Shown: piece by piece, positions 1 through 9,010 of the stretch
Layout of the letters: each line of letters begins with the position of its first letter
Position numbering within the stretch: position 1 is the first letter of the stretch
From: Fidelibacterota bacterium
GTDB taxonomy: Bacteria > Fidelibacterota > Marinisomatia > Marinisomatales > S15-B10
DNA: 18,702 bases
Direction: 5' to 3'
NCBI GenBank assembly: GCA_046861655.1
Contig: JBHIAI010000023.1
Coordinates: 1 to 18,702, forward strand
The notes under the pieces: model-generated
What the model saw: the letters and a program-made list of their open reading frames with translations, nothing else
Told to the model about the DNA's origin: nothing
The model's database searches: none
Position numbers and translations under genes: made by a program

Positions 1-475
1 ACCTCCGTGCCGGTCTGGCAAACCATTCGTGGGGGTCGAAAACTCTGAGACCGTAGTTGTGCCAAACCATGCGGCGGGCTCTCTCGCTTGAATCGATCCC
101 TTCTACGTCCCACCCCGCCTGACTCATTTCGTGTAGAAACGCACCTTCCCCACATCCCACATCCAGGAGCCGTCCTGGGGAAAGACCCAGGTCTCCTTCT
201 ATCATCTTTCGTTTGCGGCCCAGCATCACCTTGCGAATCAAACTGTAGGTTTTTTCAAAGGTTCCCGACGATAACCGGGAATGGGGACAATAGTCCGTAG
301 AATCGTAGTATCGGGGCATTTCCCCCTCGTCAGGGGCGGGGTGGGTCATCCTTACTCCGCACGTATCGCATTCGAGAATATCAAAACTTTGGCCCGAAAC
401 CAGAATATCCGTGGCGGGAAAAACCAATCCCAAACTCGAATTCTTACAGACGGGACACTGGTGGACGCCGATCAT
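1..475 (-). CDS. Class I SAM-dependent methyltransferase with N-terminal Zn-ribbon (5' part; runs off left edge)
   Basis: Not in the ORF track; hand translation from ATG 475..473 (ATGA overlap with recG stop) stays open to the edge: MIGVHQCPVC...ILECDTCGVRMTHPAP...YY...GRLLDVGCGEGAFL...GWDVEGID. Two CxxC pairs plus SAM motif I (LDVGCGxG). Confidence 0.9.
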   Translation of the reverse strand, partial: MIGVHQCPVCKNSSLGLVFPATDILVSGQSFDILECDTCGVRMTHPAPDEGEMPRYYDSTDYCPHSRLSSGTFEKTYSLIRKVMLGRKRKMIEGDLGLSPGRLLDVGCGEGAFLHEMSQAGWDVEGIDSSERARRMVWHNYGLRVFDPHEWFARPARR

Positions 476-2568
476 CCGATACCCGCCAGGTCCAGCATGG
501 ACTGGTAGTCCCTCATGAACCGTTCGCGGATTCTTGCGTGTTCCGGGTTGCCAAGATGAGGATCCCCGTCTACCAGATCGAAAGCCGCCTGCCGTGCCCT
601 CAGGATGATAGGACCGTCATTCACCAGATCGGCGATTTTCCATTTGAGAAAGCCATGCTGTTTGGTACCGTAGAACTCGCCGGGGCCGCGTAATTTAAGG
701 TCCTCATCAGAGATTTCAAATCCGTTGGTTGTCCGGGCAATGATATCCAGTCTCCGTCGGACTGATGACGTTTCCCTCCGCTGAACCAGAAGGCAGTAGC
801 CCCTCTCTGAGCCCCTCCCGATCCGTCCCCGGAGCTGATGCAGCTGGGTTAATCCAAACCGGTCGGCATTCTCAACCACCATCACCGTGGCATTGGGTAC
901 GTCAATCCCCACCTCCACCACCGTGGTGGAAACGAGAATCTGAATCTTGTTGGCAGCGAACCGATCCATGATGTCGTCTTTTTCCTGTTTCTTCATCTTT
1001 CCGTGGATGAGAGCCACCTTACGGTCCGGGAAAATGGTCTCACGAAGATGGTGATACCCCTCCTCAGCCGCCTTCAGATCCGTTTTCTCCGATTCCTGGA
1101 TAAGGGGATACACGATAATACACTGACGGGACCTGTCCAGCTGCTGAGCAATGAACCGGTAGATCTTGGGAAGAAGGTCTTCTGTTACCACACGGGTAAC
1201 AACCGCCTTGCCATCTCCCGGTATTTCGTCCAGGATGGACATATCCATGTCCCCATGATACGTGATGGCTAGCGTCCGGGGAATGGGCGTGGCCGTCATC
1301 ACCAGAACGTGGGGATACAGGCTTTTTTCCAGAAGCATGCCCCGCTGGACAACCCCGAAACGCTGTTGTTCGTCAATCACCACAAATCCAAGATCCCGGA
1401 ATCGGACATCTTCCTGGAGGAGAGCGTGAGTCCCCACCACCACCTGGATGTTCCCACTTTCAACTTCACGGAGAATCTTCTGTCTTTCGGAAGGTTTCTG
1501 GTTCCCAACCAGAAGGGCACAGACGATATGACACTTGTCAAAATAAGACTTGAACACACCGTAGTGCTGGTGAGCCAGGATCTCTGTAGGCGCCATGATG
1601 GCAACCTGAACTCCATTCCCCACCGCGATAGCGGAGGCAAGAATGGCCACAATGGTCTTGCCCGATCCCACGTCACCCTGGAGCAGGCGATTCATAAGAT
1701 GGGACGAACTCAGATCGGCTCGTATCTCCTTCAGTACCCGTTTCTGGGCTTCTGTCAGCTCAAACTCAAGGGAATCATAAAGGATCCTGACATGGGGACC
1801 CACCTGGGGAAGGGGGCGTCCCCTGGATTCGTTCAGGCTGGCCTTCCGCAGGGCCATGAGAAGCTGGAGAAAGAAATGTTCGTCAAACTTCAATCGGTAC
1901 CGGGCCGAATGAAGCTCCTTGATACCGGGCGCAAAATGGATCGACCTCAGGGCGACTTCCAGGGGCAACAGTCCGTTTTGCGACCTCAGTTCCGCAGGAA
2001 GAAACTCCGCCTGTTCTTCCTTCAGAAATTCAAGGGCACCCCTCACAATTTTCCTGAAGCCCCGGCTTTCAAGCCCCACACCTTTCAAGCCCTGAGTGGA
2101 GGGATAAAGAGGGATTACTGCCCCCGTGTGGAGGGGGTCGCTCTCCTCGCCATCCAGTCTGTCGTACTCGGGATGAGCGATTTGATAGCCCCTGAAGAAA
2201 TCCACCTTTCCATGGAACGCTACCCGGTCCCCCACCTTCAAAGCGTTCCTGACATACCGGATTCCGTTGAACCAGACGCAGGTCAACATTCCGGTCCCAT
2301 CGCTGACCACAAGTTCATAGTATTCCCGTCGCCTGGTTCTTTTCAATCGCGAGGCTTCCACCCGGGCGATCACGGTAACTGTTTGATCTTTCTCGAGGGC
2401 ACCGATGGCAGTCACAGACGTCCTGTCCAGATGGCGACGGGGGAAGTAGTACAGCAGGTCCCTGACGGTATTCACCCCTTCCCTGGCCAGGGCCTCGGCC
2501 CTCTTGGGCCCAACTCCTCTTACGAATTGCACCGGGGTGTCCAGGTGGTTGTCTGCGGCCTGGGTCAT
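472..2568 (-). CDS. recG: ATP-dependent DNA helicase RecG
   Basis: GVGPK..L N-terminus, OB/wedge domain, RLLQGDVGSGKT, MAPTEILA, DEQQRFG, MTATPIPRTL, STTVVEVGIDVPNA, QLHQLRGRIGRG, DLKLRGPGE. Start placed at ATG 2568 (purine-rich GAGGGGAG/AAGG upstream) rather than 2607. Confidence 0.97.
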   Translation of the reverse strand: MTQAADNHLDTPVQFVRGVGPKRAEALAREGVNTVRDLLYYFPRRHLDRTSVTAIGALEKDQTVTVIARVEASRLKRTRRREYYELVVSDGTGMLTCVWFNGIRYVRNALKVGDRVAFHGKVDFFRGYQIAHPEYDRLDGEESDPLHTGAVIPLYPSTQGLKGVGLESRGFRKIVRGALEFLKEEQAEFLPAELRSQNGLLPLEVALRSIHFAPGIKELHSARYRLKFDEHFFLQLLMALRKASLNESRGRPLPQVGPHVRILYDSLEFELTEAQKRVLKEIRADLSSSHLMNRLLQGDVGSGKTIVAILASAIAVGNGVQVAIMAPTEILAHQHYGVFKSYFDKCHIVCALLVGNQKPSERQKILREVESGNIQVVVGTHALLQEDVRFRDLGFVVIDEQQRFGVVQRGMLLEKSLYPHVLVMTATPIPRTLAITYHGDMDMSILDEIPGDGKAVVTRVVTEDLLPKIYRFIAQQLDRSRQCIIVYPLIQESEKTDLKAAEEGYHHLRETIFPDRKVALIHGKMKKQEKDDIMDRFAANKIQILVSTTVVEVGIDVPNATVMVVENADRFGLTQLHQLRGRIGRGSERGYCLLVQRRETSSVRRRLDIIARTTNGFEISDEDLKLRGPGEFYGTKQHGFLKWKIADLVNDGPIILRARQAAFDLVDGDPHLGNPEHARIRERFMRDYQSMLDLAGIG

Positions 2569-2629
2569 GGCACCTTGGCTCCCCTCTGTCACGGGGTGGA
2601 GGAACAACTCTGGATCTGTCAGAGGGTCC

Positions 2630-3982
2630 CTATTGCCATTCCTTAAGGTAGGTATACGTCACGGATTCGGTGGAACTTCCAGGGAGAGTGAGATCGAACT
2701 GGATCGTTTCCACATCGGTTTTCTTATAGCCGTGGGAGGGGTCCCGGATCACCCAGTCGCCATAGATGTGTTCGGTGAGCCGGACAGACACAGGATCTTC
2801 CCTCTTATTCTGAATCTCCAGAAGAATGGTGGCCTCCTCACTCTTTTTCTGTCGATCATAATTCACCACCGTGCGCTTCCCCAGCACGTCGAAAGCTCGC
2901 CCGGCGATCACCTTTGCCCTTTCCCCAATAGCCACCTGCCGCAGAAAGTCCTCTCCTCCAAATTTGACGGCTCCGTCGGGTGTGGAGAAATAGATCTGCA
3001 GCACCCCTCCGGGCAGAGGCATGCCCAATCCGTACTCCTCAGTGTTGGTGAAGGAAACCTGGACGATCAAAGGTTCCTCCCTTGAGGACCTCTCCCGGTT
3101 CTCGAAAAGATACAATCGTTGAAAGGGAATGTCCTTTTGAGGATAGAGAGGGACGGCGATGGACTCCTGCCGGGGAAGGGTCAGGCGTCCGCCCAGGGAA
3201 TACAGATAATAATCTCCCAGCGGCTCCCTGTCAAACACAAGCCTCTCCTCCCCGGGTACCTGAGTGACACCGGGGATTCGACCGGCCACTGAGGGCCTGG
3301 GAGCTCCTCTCCGGAAAAGGGTCTTGAGTTCCCCTTCTACCAGCTCCACCGTGGCCTGAAGGAAATCGAGGTTTGTTCCGTTCTTGATCACCGCATACGA
3401 CACAAGGGATGTGATGGTCTCATCGGCGGAAATAACCATGCGGTAGTCTGCATCCCAGTCGAATCCCTCCCCGATATAGATGAGTTCACCCGTTATGGTG
3501 GCTTTCCGGGGCGATTCCACTTCCCAGGAAAGTTCCGGACGGGTGGACAGCACGGCTCCGGACGGGGAAACCTTGATGGTGGACACTTCATCCAGGTTGA
3601 ATACCCGGACCGAGCCCCAGCGACTCACGGTGATCCATTCCCCATCCACGTCCAGAAGTTTCCCCTTGTACCCTCGACCTTCGGCCAGCTTCACCTTCAC
3701 CTTCTCCCCTAAATGGGTCTTCAAGAACTCAAAGCTGTCAAACACATCAAGACTGTATTTCTGGTACAGGATGTGGGCCCCCTCCAGGGAAAGAAACGGG
3801 GACCTGGGCTCGATTCTGTCCGGCAGGTAGGAGTACGTGAGCGTATTGCGACCGGACCGTACCCGGAAGGTCACGGGCTGCTTTACCAGACCAAACCCAT
3901 CTTTGTACAGGGTTATGGTGGCTTGCTCTGACTGGGGAAATGCCCAGGTCAAGAGTAGAACGGAAAAAAGGAGTTTTTTCAT
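2630..3982 (-). CDS. Exported DUF4139-family protein
   Basis: Signal peptide MKKLLFSVLLLTWAF; ITLYKDGFGLVKQ start, W-x-A-D-Y motif, LGMPLPGG, C-terminal beta-sandwich ending TYTY, all resembling DUF4139 proteins. ATGA overlap with valS stop. Confidence 0.75.
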   Translation of the reverse strand: MKKLLFSVLLLTWAFPQSEQATITLYKDGFGLVKQPVTFRVRSGRNTLTYSYLPDRIEPRSPFLSLEGAHILYQKYSLDVFDSFEFLKTHLGEKVKVKLAEGRGYKGKLLDVDGEWITVSRWGSVRVFNLDEVSTIKVSPSGAVLSTRPELSWEVESPRKATITGELIYIGEGFDWDADYRMVISADETITSLVSYAVIKNGTNLDFLQATVELVEGELKTLFRRGAPRPSVAGRIPGVTQVPGEERLVFDREPLGDYYLYSLGGRLTLPRQESIAVPLYPQKDIPFQRLYLFENRERSSREEPLIVQVSFTNTEEYGLGMPLPGGVLQIYFSTPDGAVKFGGEDFLRQVAIGERAKVIAGRAFDVLGKRTVVNYDRQKKSEEATILLEIQNKREDPVSVRLTEHIYGDWVIRDPSHGYKKTDVETIQFDLTLPGSSTESVTYTYLKEWQ

Positions 3983-6645
3983 AGTAACATCTTATAGTTT
4001 CTCTTCAGCTTAGTAAGATTGTCGGAAAGATCCCCCAGTTTCTTCTTTTCCCTGCTGACCACTTCCGGGGGTGCTTTCGTGAGGAATTCCCGGTCCCCAA
4101 GCTTGGCTTGAATCCGCTCAAGCCTGGAATCGAGGCCCTGAATCTGTGTCAGGAGTCTCTGCTTTTCCTTCTCCACATCAATGATACCTTCCAGGGGGAC
4201 GAAAAGTTCGGCCCCTCGAACCACCGCCGTACCCGAAGCCACCGGTTTCTTCACACCGGCGTCCACAGTGAGGGTGTCCACCTTCGCAAGATCCATTATG
4301 ATCTGCCTCTGTGAGTCAATCAGGGACCCCTTTCGATCTTCCGCCCGGACCAGGAGATCCGAACGTTTGTCCAGAGGTACGTTCATCTCCGCCCGGACCG
4401 TCCGGACGGCGGTTACCACTTCCTGGACAAAACCCAGGTCGCTTTCGGTAGCCATGTCCACCCAGGACCGTTCCGCGTGGGGCCATCCGGATACGGTCAG
4501 GTCCACCCCTTCATCCAGGACAGGACAGGCCTTGATCAGGTTCTGCCATATCTCCTCTGTGATGAAGGGCGCGCAGGGGTGGAGAAGCTTAAGAACACGG
4601 GAAAGGACATGGGCCGCCACACTGAACACGGCAGTCTTCCGCCCGGAATCCTTACCGTAAAGGGTCGATTTGATGATTTCCACGTACCAGTCACAGAAAT
4701 CGGACCACGTAAACTCGTAAATCCTCCGGGCCATTTCATTGAACCGGAAAGATTCAAAAGACCTGTTCACGTCCTCCACGACGCGGTTCATTCGGCTGAG
4801 TATCCAACGGTCCGCCAGGGCCAGACGGGAGTGATCCAGCTCATCCACTGCCCGCGGAGCCAAGTCCCCACTCACCATCAAAAGGAATCGGGATGCGTTC
4901 CACAGTTTGTTCATAAAGTTCCGACCAACTTCGATTCTTTCGTTGGAGAAGAGAATATCCTGGCCCCTGGGAGCGATAAGAACGATGCCGTACCGCAGAG
5001 CATCAGCACCGAACGTGTCCATGAGTTCGATGGGATCGGGAGAATTTCCCAGGGATTTGCTCATTTTTCTTCCCTTGATATCCCGCACCATGCCGGTGAA
5101 GAAGACGTTGCGGAAGGGAATATCTCCTTCAAATTCCAGGCTGGCCATGATCATTCGTGCCACCCAGAAAAAAATGATATCCGCCGCCGTGACCAGGTCG
5201 TCACTGGGATGAAAATAGCGAAGGTCTTCCGTTTTTTCGGGCCAGCCGTGAACCGCTATGGGCCAGAGCCAGGAACTGGCCCAGGTGTCCAGGACATCAG
5301 GGTCCTGATCCCAATTTTCTTCGTCCTCGGGAGGGGTTACCTCGCAATGAATCTCGCCCGTTTTCTTATGATACCACACAGGGATCCGGTGACCCCACCA
5401 GAGCTGCCGGCTGATGCACCAGTCGCGAATGTTCTCCATCCAATGTTCGTAGGTTTTCACCCAGTGTTCAGGGAAGAATCGGATCCTCCCCTGGCGAACC
5501 GCGTCCAGAGCGGGTCCCGCCATGTCCTTCATTCTCATGAACCACTGCTCGGAGAGATAGGGCTCGATGGGTACATTCCCCCGGTCGGAGTACCCCACCT
5601 TTGTCTCATAGTCCTCCACCCGCTCCAGGTATCCCTCCTCCCTCAAGCGGGTAACCACGGCCTCCCTGGCCACAAATCGGTCTAGACCCCGGAATTCTTC
5701 CGGGACGCCATCGTTCAGGGAGCCGTCCGGCTCGAGAATATTGATCCTGTCCAGCCGGTGCCGTTGGGCAATCTCAAAATCGCTGGGATCATGAGCGGGG
5801 GTCACCTTCACACACCCCGTTCCAAACTCGGGGTCGACGCTTTCGTCAGCGATCACAGGCATCTCCCGCCCCACCAGGGGCAGGATCACACTCTTTCCGT
5901 GGAGGCGGCGGAAGCGTGAGTCATCGGGATGCACCGCGACGGCGGTGTCGCCCAGCATGGTTTCGGGGCGCGTGGTTGCAACTACCACGTGACCCTCCCC
6001 ATCTCTTAGAGGGTACTTCAGGTACCACAAATGGCCTCGTACAGCCCGGTAGATTACCTCCTCATCGGAGATCGCCGACCGGGTCTTCGGACACCAGTTG
6101 ACCAGACGTGTTCCCCGATAAATGAACCCCTTGTTGTAGAGCATAACGAAAGCAGTGAGAACAGCCCGGGTATATCCATCATCCATGGTGAATCGTTCCC
6201 GTTCCCAATCACAGGAACACCCCAGGCGCTTCAGTTGTTTGTCGATGAGAGAACCGTAGGTATTCTTCCACTCCCAGGCACGGTCGAGAAACCGCCTTCG
6301 TCCAACCTTCTCTTTGGAGAGTCCTTCCTTTTCGAGCATTCGGGACAGGCGTGTTTCCGTGGCGATGGATGCGTGATCCGTTCCCGGAATCCAGCAGGCC
6401 TCCCTCCCCTGCATGCGGGCTCGTCTTACCAGGATGTCCTGGACGGTATTGTTGAGGACGTGCCCGATCGTAAGGCTGCCGGTGACGTTAGGCGGAGGGA
6501 TAAGGACCGTGTAGGGTTCCCTGTCCGGGTTTACCCTGGCATGGAAATATCCCTTCTTCTGCCAGTGATCGTACCACCCTTTCTCAACCTGGGTCGGATC
6601 GTAGACCTTGGGTAGCCGTTTGAAACTGGAGAGACCGCCCGTCAC
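3979..6645 (-). CDS. valS: Valine--tRNA ligase
   Basis: PPPNVTGSLTIGH (HIGH variant), PGTDHASIAT, ATTRPETMLGD, DWCISRQLWWGH, KMSKS, C-terminal coiled coil (FLTKAPPEVV). GTGA overlap with upstream stop. Confidence 0.98.
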   Translation of the reverse strand: MTGGLSSFKRLPKVYDPTQVEKGWYDHWQKKGYFHARVNPDREPYTVLIPPPNVTGSLTIGHVLNNTVQDILVRRARMQGREACWIPGTDHASIATETRLSRMLEKEGLSKEKVGRRRFLDRAWEWKNTYGSLIDKQLKRLGCSCDWERERFTMDDGYTRAVLTAFVMLYNKGFIYRGTRLVNWCPKTRSAISDEEVIYRAVRGHLWYLKYPLRDGEGHVVVATTRPETMLGDTAVAVHPDDSRFRRLHGKSVILPLVGREMPVIADESVDPEFGTGCVKVTPAHDPSDFEIAQRHRLDRINILEPDGSLNDGVPEEFRGLDRFVAREAVVTRLREEGYLERVEDYETKVGYSDRGNVPIEPYLSEQWFMRMKDMAGPALDAVRQGRIRFFPEHWVKTYEHWMENIRDWCISRQLWWGHRIPVWYHKKTGEIHCEVTPPEDEENWDQDPDVLDTWASSWLWPIAVHGWPEKTEDLRYFHPSDDLVTAADIIFFWVARMIMASLEFEGDIPFRNVFFTGMVRDIKGRKMSKSLGNSPDPIELMDTFGADALRYGIVLIAPRGQDILFSNERIEVGRNFMNKLWNASRFLLMVSGDLAPRAVDELDHSRLALADRWILSRMNRVVEDVNRSFESFRFNEMARRIYEFTWSDFCDWYVEIIKSTLYGKDSGRKTAVFSVAAHVLSRVLKLLHPCAPFITEEIWQNLIKACPVLDEGVDLTVSGWPHAERSWVDMATESDLGFVQEVVTAVRTVRAEMNVPLDKRSDLLVRAEDRKGSLIDSQRQIIMDLAKVDTLTVDAGVKKPVASGTAVVRGAELFVPLEGIIDVEKEKQRLLTQIQGLDSRLERIQAKLGDREFLTKAPPEVVSREKKKLGDLSDNLTKLKRNYKMLL

Positions 6646-7160
6646 TTCTCGAGAATCAAACTGAAGGCGGTGGTGAGCTTCAACACATTCTGATTGGCTT
6701 TGATGAGGTTATCCGTAACGATGGAGGCCACGTTCTTCATCACCCTGAAACCGAGACCTGGATCGGAGTTGCACAGCGAGAAGAAAGCATCCTTCATGAT
6801 GACGCCCATCCTGCAATCCATGGTGGCCTTTACTGTAGCGGTCCGTTTGTCATCATTTCCCAGAAGCGACATCTCGCCAAAGACGGGAAAGAGGTCGCTG
6901 GTCAGATTGATGATGGCCTTCTCCCGGGTATCATAGTCCCCCCGGCTCAGCTGGAGAGTCAGAGCCTGATTGATCTCCACTTTTCCCTCCAGGAGAATGT
7001 ACAGGGAATCCCCTACCTCCCCCTCAAGGAATATGGACTGTCCGGCGGAATAATCGCGGACCTTTATCACGTCCCTGAACTTCTCCAGGTGTTCCTCAGT
7101 GAGGTCCTGAAAGAGGCGAAATTTGCCCAAATCCTTCAGAGCGTCCGATTCCTTCCCCAT
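6642..7160 (-). CDS. Stand-alone cyclic nucleotide-binding domain protein (no HTH)
   Basis: LFQDL, IFLEGEVGDSLYILLEGKV, FGEMSLL....RTATVKA phosphate-binding cassette, C-helix; 172 aa, ends without a Crp HTH. SD GAGGGAG upstream. Confidence 0.9.
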   Translation of the reverse strand: MGKESDALKDLGKFRLFQDLTEEHLEKFRDVIKVRDYSAGQSIFLEGEVGDSLYILLEGKVEINQALTLQLSRGDYDTREKAIINLTSDLFPVFGEMSLLGNDDKRTATVKATMDCRMGVIMKDAFFSLCNSDPGLGFRVMKNVASIVTDNLIKANQNVLKLTTAFSLILEK

Positions 7161-7175
7161 GGGTCTCCCTCAGAG

Positions 7176-8303
7176 CTAGGTGATCACGATGGCTTTCTCG
7201 TTCTCCCTGATGACATAATCCTTCCCAGGATTGACAACGGTGGCCATCCGGCTCTCTTCCCCAAGGGTGTGCCCCGCCTCCTTTAGCTTTCGTTCAATGA
7301 AGGCATCAAGAGCCGAGGTGTCCGAGGCCAGAATCTCACCAATCCCGATGTGCTCCTCTTCCGAAAAGACACTCACCAGGACCCACCCCTTCTTGTCCCG
7401 GAAATAGTCAAACAGTTCACTGCAGGGCTTCCCCACGTATTCAGGAGGAATGTCCACCCGGCGAAACAGGCCCTGCGTGTCGGCGTCCAGGAGGGCCTCC
7501 ACGGTCTGGGGTACGCCCGGGTCCATCACATGGGAAGCGACCATGTAGGCGCCGAAATCGTCACTCAGAATGACTTCGTCCACGTTGGCCCGGCGGACAT
7601 GGGTGAGGTTTTCTCTTTCCGTAATGTAGGCGATGACCCGGACCTTGGGGGCCATGGTCTTGATGGTCAGAGTGGCAAATATGGTCCGCTCATCTGGATG
7701 ACGACCTCTTTCCGCCGAAAAGGTCGGGAGTATGATGGCTGAACTGGCCCCCTTCAGGTTGGCCCGCTCCAGAATCGGCTCCCGTGTGAAATCACCCCGA
7801 ACGAACTTGAAACTCAGGCCCCGATACTTGTTCCGTAACCCCGCGATAATATCCTCATTCTCATCGTTGATCAGCACAATGTTCAGCTTCCGCCCCTGGG
7901 CAAGACTCTGGAGTGAATCGAGCAAGCGCTCCGTACTCCTGTTCCATCCGCAAAGGAGAATATGTCCCTCAATGTCCAACTTTTCCAATCCCTTGTCCTC
8001 CCGGATTCTTCTGGCCACGAAAATGGATGAAATGGTGGCGGTGAGCATGGCCGTTAATAGAATACCGCCGTACATGACAAAAATGGCCAGGACCCGGCCC
8101 GCAGTGGTCTGGGGATAGTAATCTCCGTACCCCACGGTGGTCATGGTCACGATGGCCCACCAGAAGGGGTTGATCCCATGGGTGATCTCCCGGATTCCTT
8201 CCAGCCGACCCACGAACCATCCTCCGAAAAACATAACCAGAAACATTCCAAAGACCACCCGAAAGAAAGGATTTCGGAGCAGTATCCTGACAGATTTTAT
8301 CAT
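7176..8303 (-). CDS. 2TM potassium channel with C-terminal RCK (TrkA-N/C-like) domain
   Basis: Two hydrophobic helices around FWWAIVTMTTVGYGD (K+ selectivity filter), then HILLCGWN, FVRGDFT...LERAN, RANVDEVI and VVNPG..Y typical of RCK domains. Confidence 0.93.
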   Translation of the reverse strand: MIKSVRILLRNPFFRVVFGMFLVMFFGGWFVGRLEGIREITHGINPFWWAIVTMTTVGYGDYYPQTTAGRVLAIFVMYGGILLTAMLTATISSIFVARRIREDKGLEKLDIEGHILLCGWNRSTERLLDSLQSLAQGRKLNIVLINDENEDIIAGLRNKYRGLSFKFVRGDFTREPILERANLKGASSAIILPTFSAERGRHPDERTIFATLTIKTMAPKVRVIAYITERENLTHVRRANVDEVILSDDFGAYMVASHVMDPGVPQTVEALLDADTQGLFRRVDIPPEYVGKPCSELFDYFRDKKGWVLVSVFSEEEHIGIGEILASDTSALDAFIERKLKEAGHTLGEESRMATVVNPGKDYVIRENEKAIVIT

Positions 8304-8335
8304 GAATCGAATTTACGCCACACCGAAAAAAAATG

Positions 8336-9010
8336 TTAGTCATACTCGGCACGGCCTTGCTGGGTCACAATGGCTACGCCGGCACTGGCCCCGATCCGGG
8401 TCGCCCCCGCCTCCACCATGGCCAGGGCATCCTGGTAGGTCTTGATACCTCCCGATGCTTTCACGCCCACACGGGGTCCCACAGTATTCCGCATAAGGGT
8501 CACGTCCTCTACCGTGGCTCCTCCCGCAGAAAAACCGGTGGATGTCTTTACGAACTGCGCCCCTGCCTTCTCGGCCAGGCGGCAGGCAGATACCTTCTCT
8601 TGGTCCGTGAGAAGGGAAGCCTCAATAATGACCTTGACCACACTCCCGGCGGCCGCCTCTACCACCCTGCGAATATCCATCTCTACAGCCTTCAGATCAC
8701 CTTCTTTCAGGGCACCAATGTTCAGGACCATATCAAACTCCCTGGCACCGTCCTTCCAGGCCTCCCGAGTTTCGGCCACCTTTGCCGCTGTCACCGTCCC
8801 ACCCAGGGGAAAACCGATGACCGTGCAGACCGGTATGGATCCCCCCTTCAGTTCCCGGGCACAGAAACGGACATGAACCGGATTCACACAAACCGAGGCA
8901 AACCCGTATGTTCTGGCTTCTTCGCACAGTTGGCGAATCTCTTCCCGGGTGGCATCCGGTTTCAACAGGGTATGATCTATGAGGGAAGCGATGTTCTTGA
9001 TCTCAGACAT
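8336..9010 (-). CDS. deoC: Deoxyribose-phosphate aldolase
   Basis: [33 protein letters not shown] (Schiff-base Lys), VKASGGI, RIGAS. Start placed at ATG 9010 (MSEIKNIAS), overlapping the upstream stop by 8 nt. Confidence 0.97.
   Translation of the reverse strand: MSEIKNIASLIDHTLLKPDATREEIRQLCEEARTYGFASVCVNPVHVRFCARELKGGSIPVCTVIGFPLGGTVTAAKVAETREAWKDGAREFDMVLNIGALKEGDLKAVEMDIRRVVEAAAGSVVKVIIEASLLTDQEKVSACRLAEKAGAQFVKTSTGFSAGGATVEDVTLMRNTVGPRVGVKASGGIKTYQDALAMVEAGATRIGASAGVAIVTQQGRAEYD

Noticed and set aside
88..508. Plus-strand 70-aa and 75-aa ORFs
   Set aside because: Antisense to the partial methyltransferase gene.
1309..2646. 445-aa plus-strand ORF (likewise 4477-5685, 8333-9031, 11633-12652, 13065-13739, 14945-16078)
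   Set aside because: Antisense shadows of well-supported minus-strand genes; no recognisable motifs; expected in GC-rich coding DNA.
6642..7160. Crp/Fnr transcription factor call for either cNMP protein
   Set aside because: Both are about 170 aa and end after the C-helix with no HTH.
8304..8335. TAAATT 6 nt before the channel ATG (second leaderless promoter?) and a T8 run after deoC
   Set aside because: No -35 or extended -10 support, and no hairpin before the T run; too weak to call a promoter or terminator.
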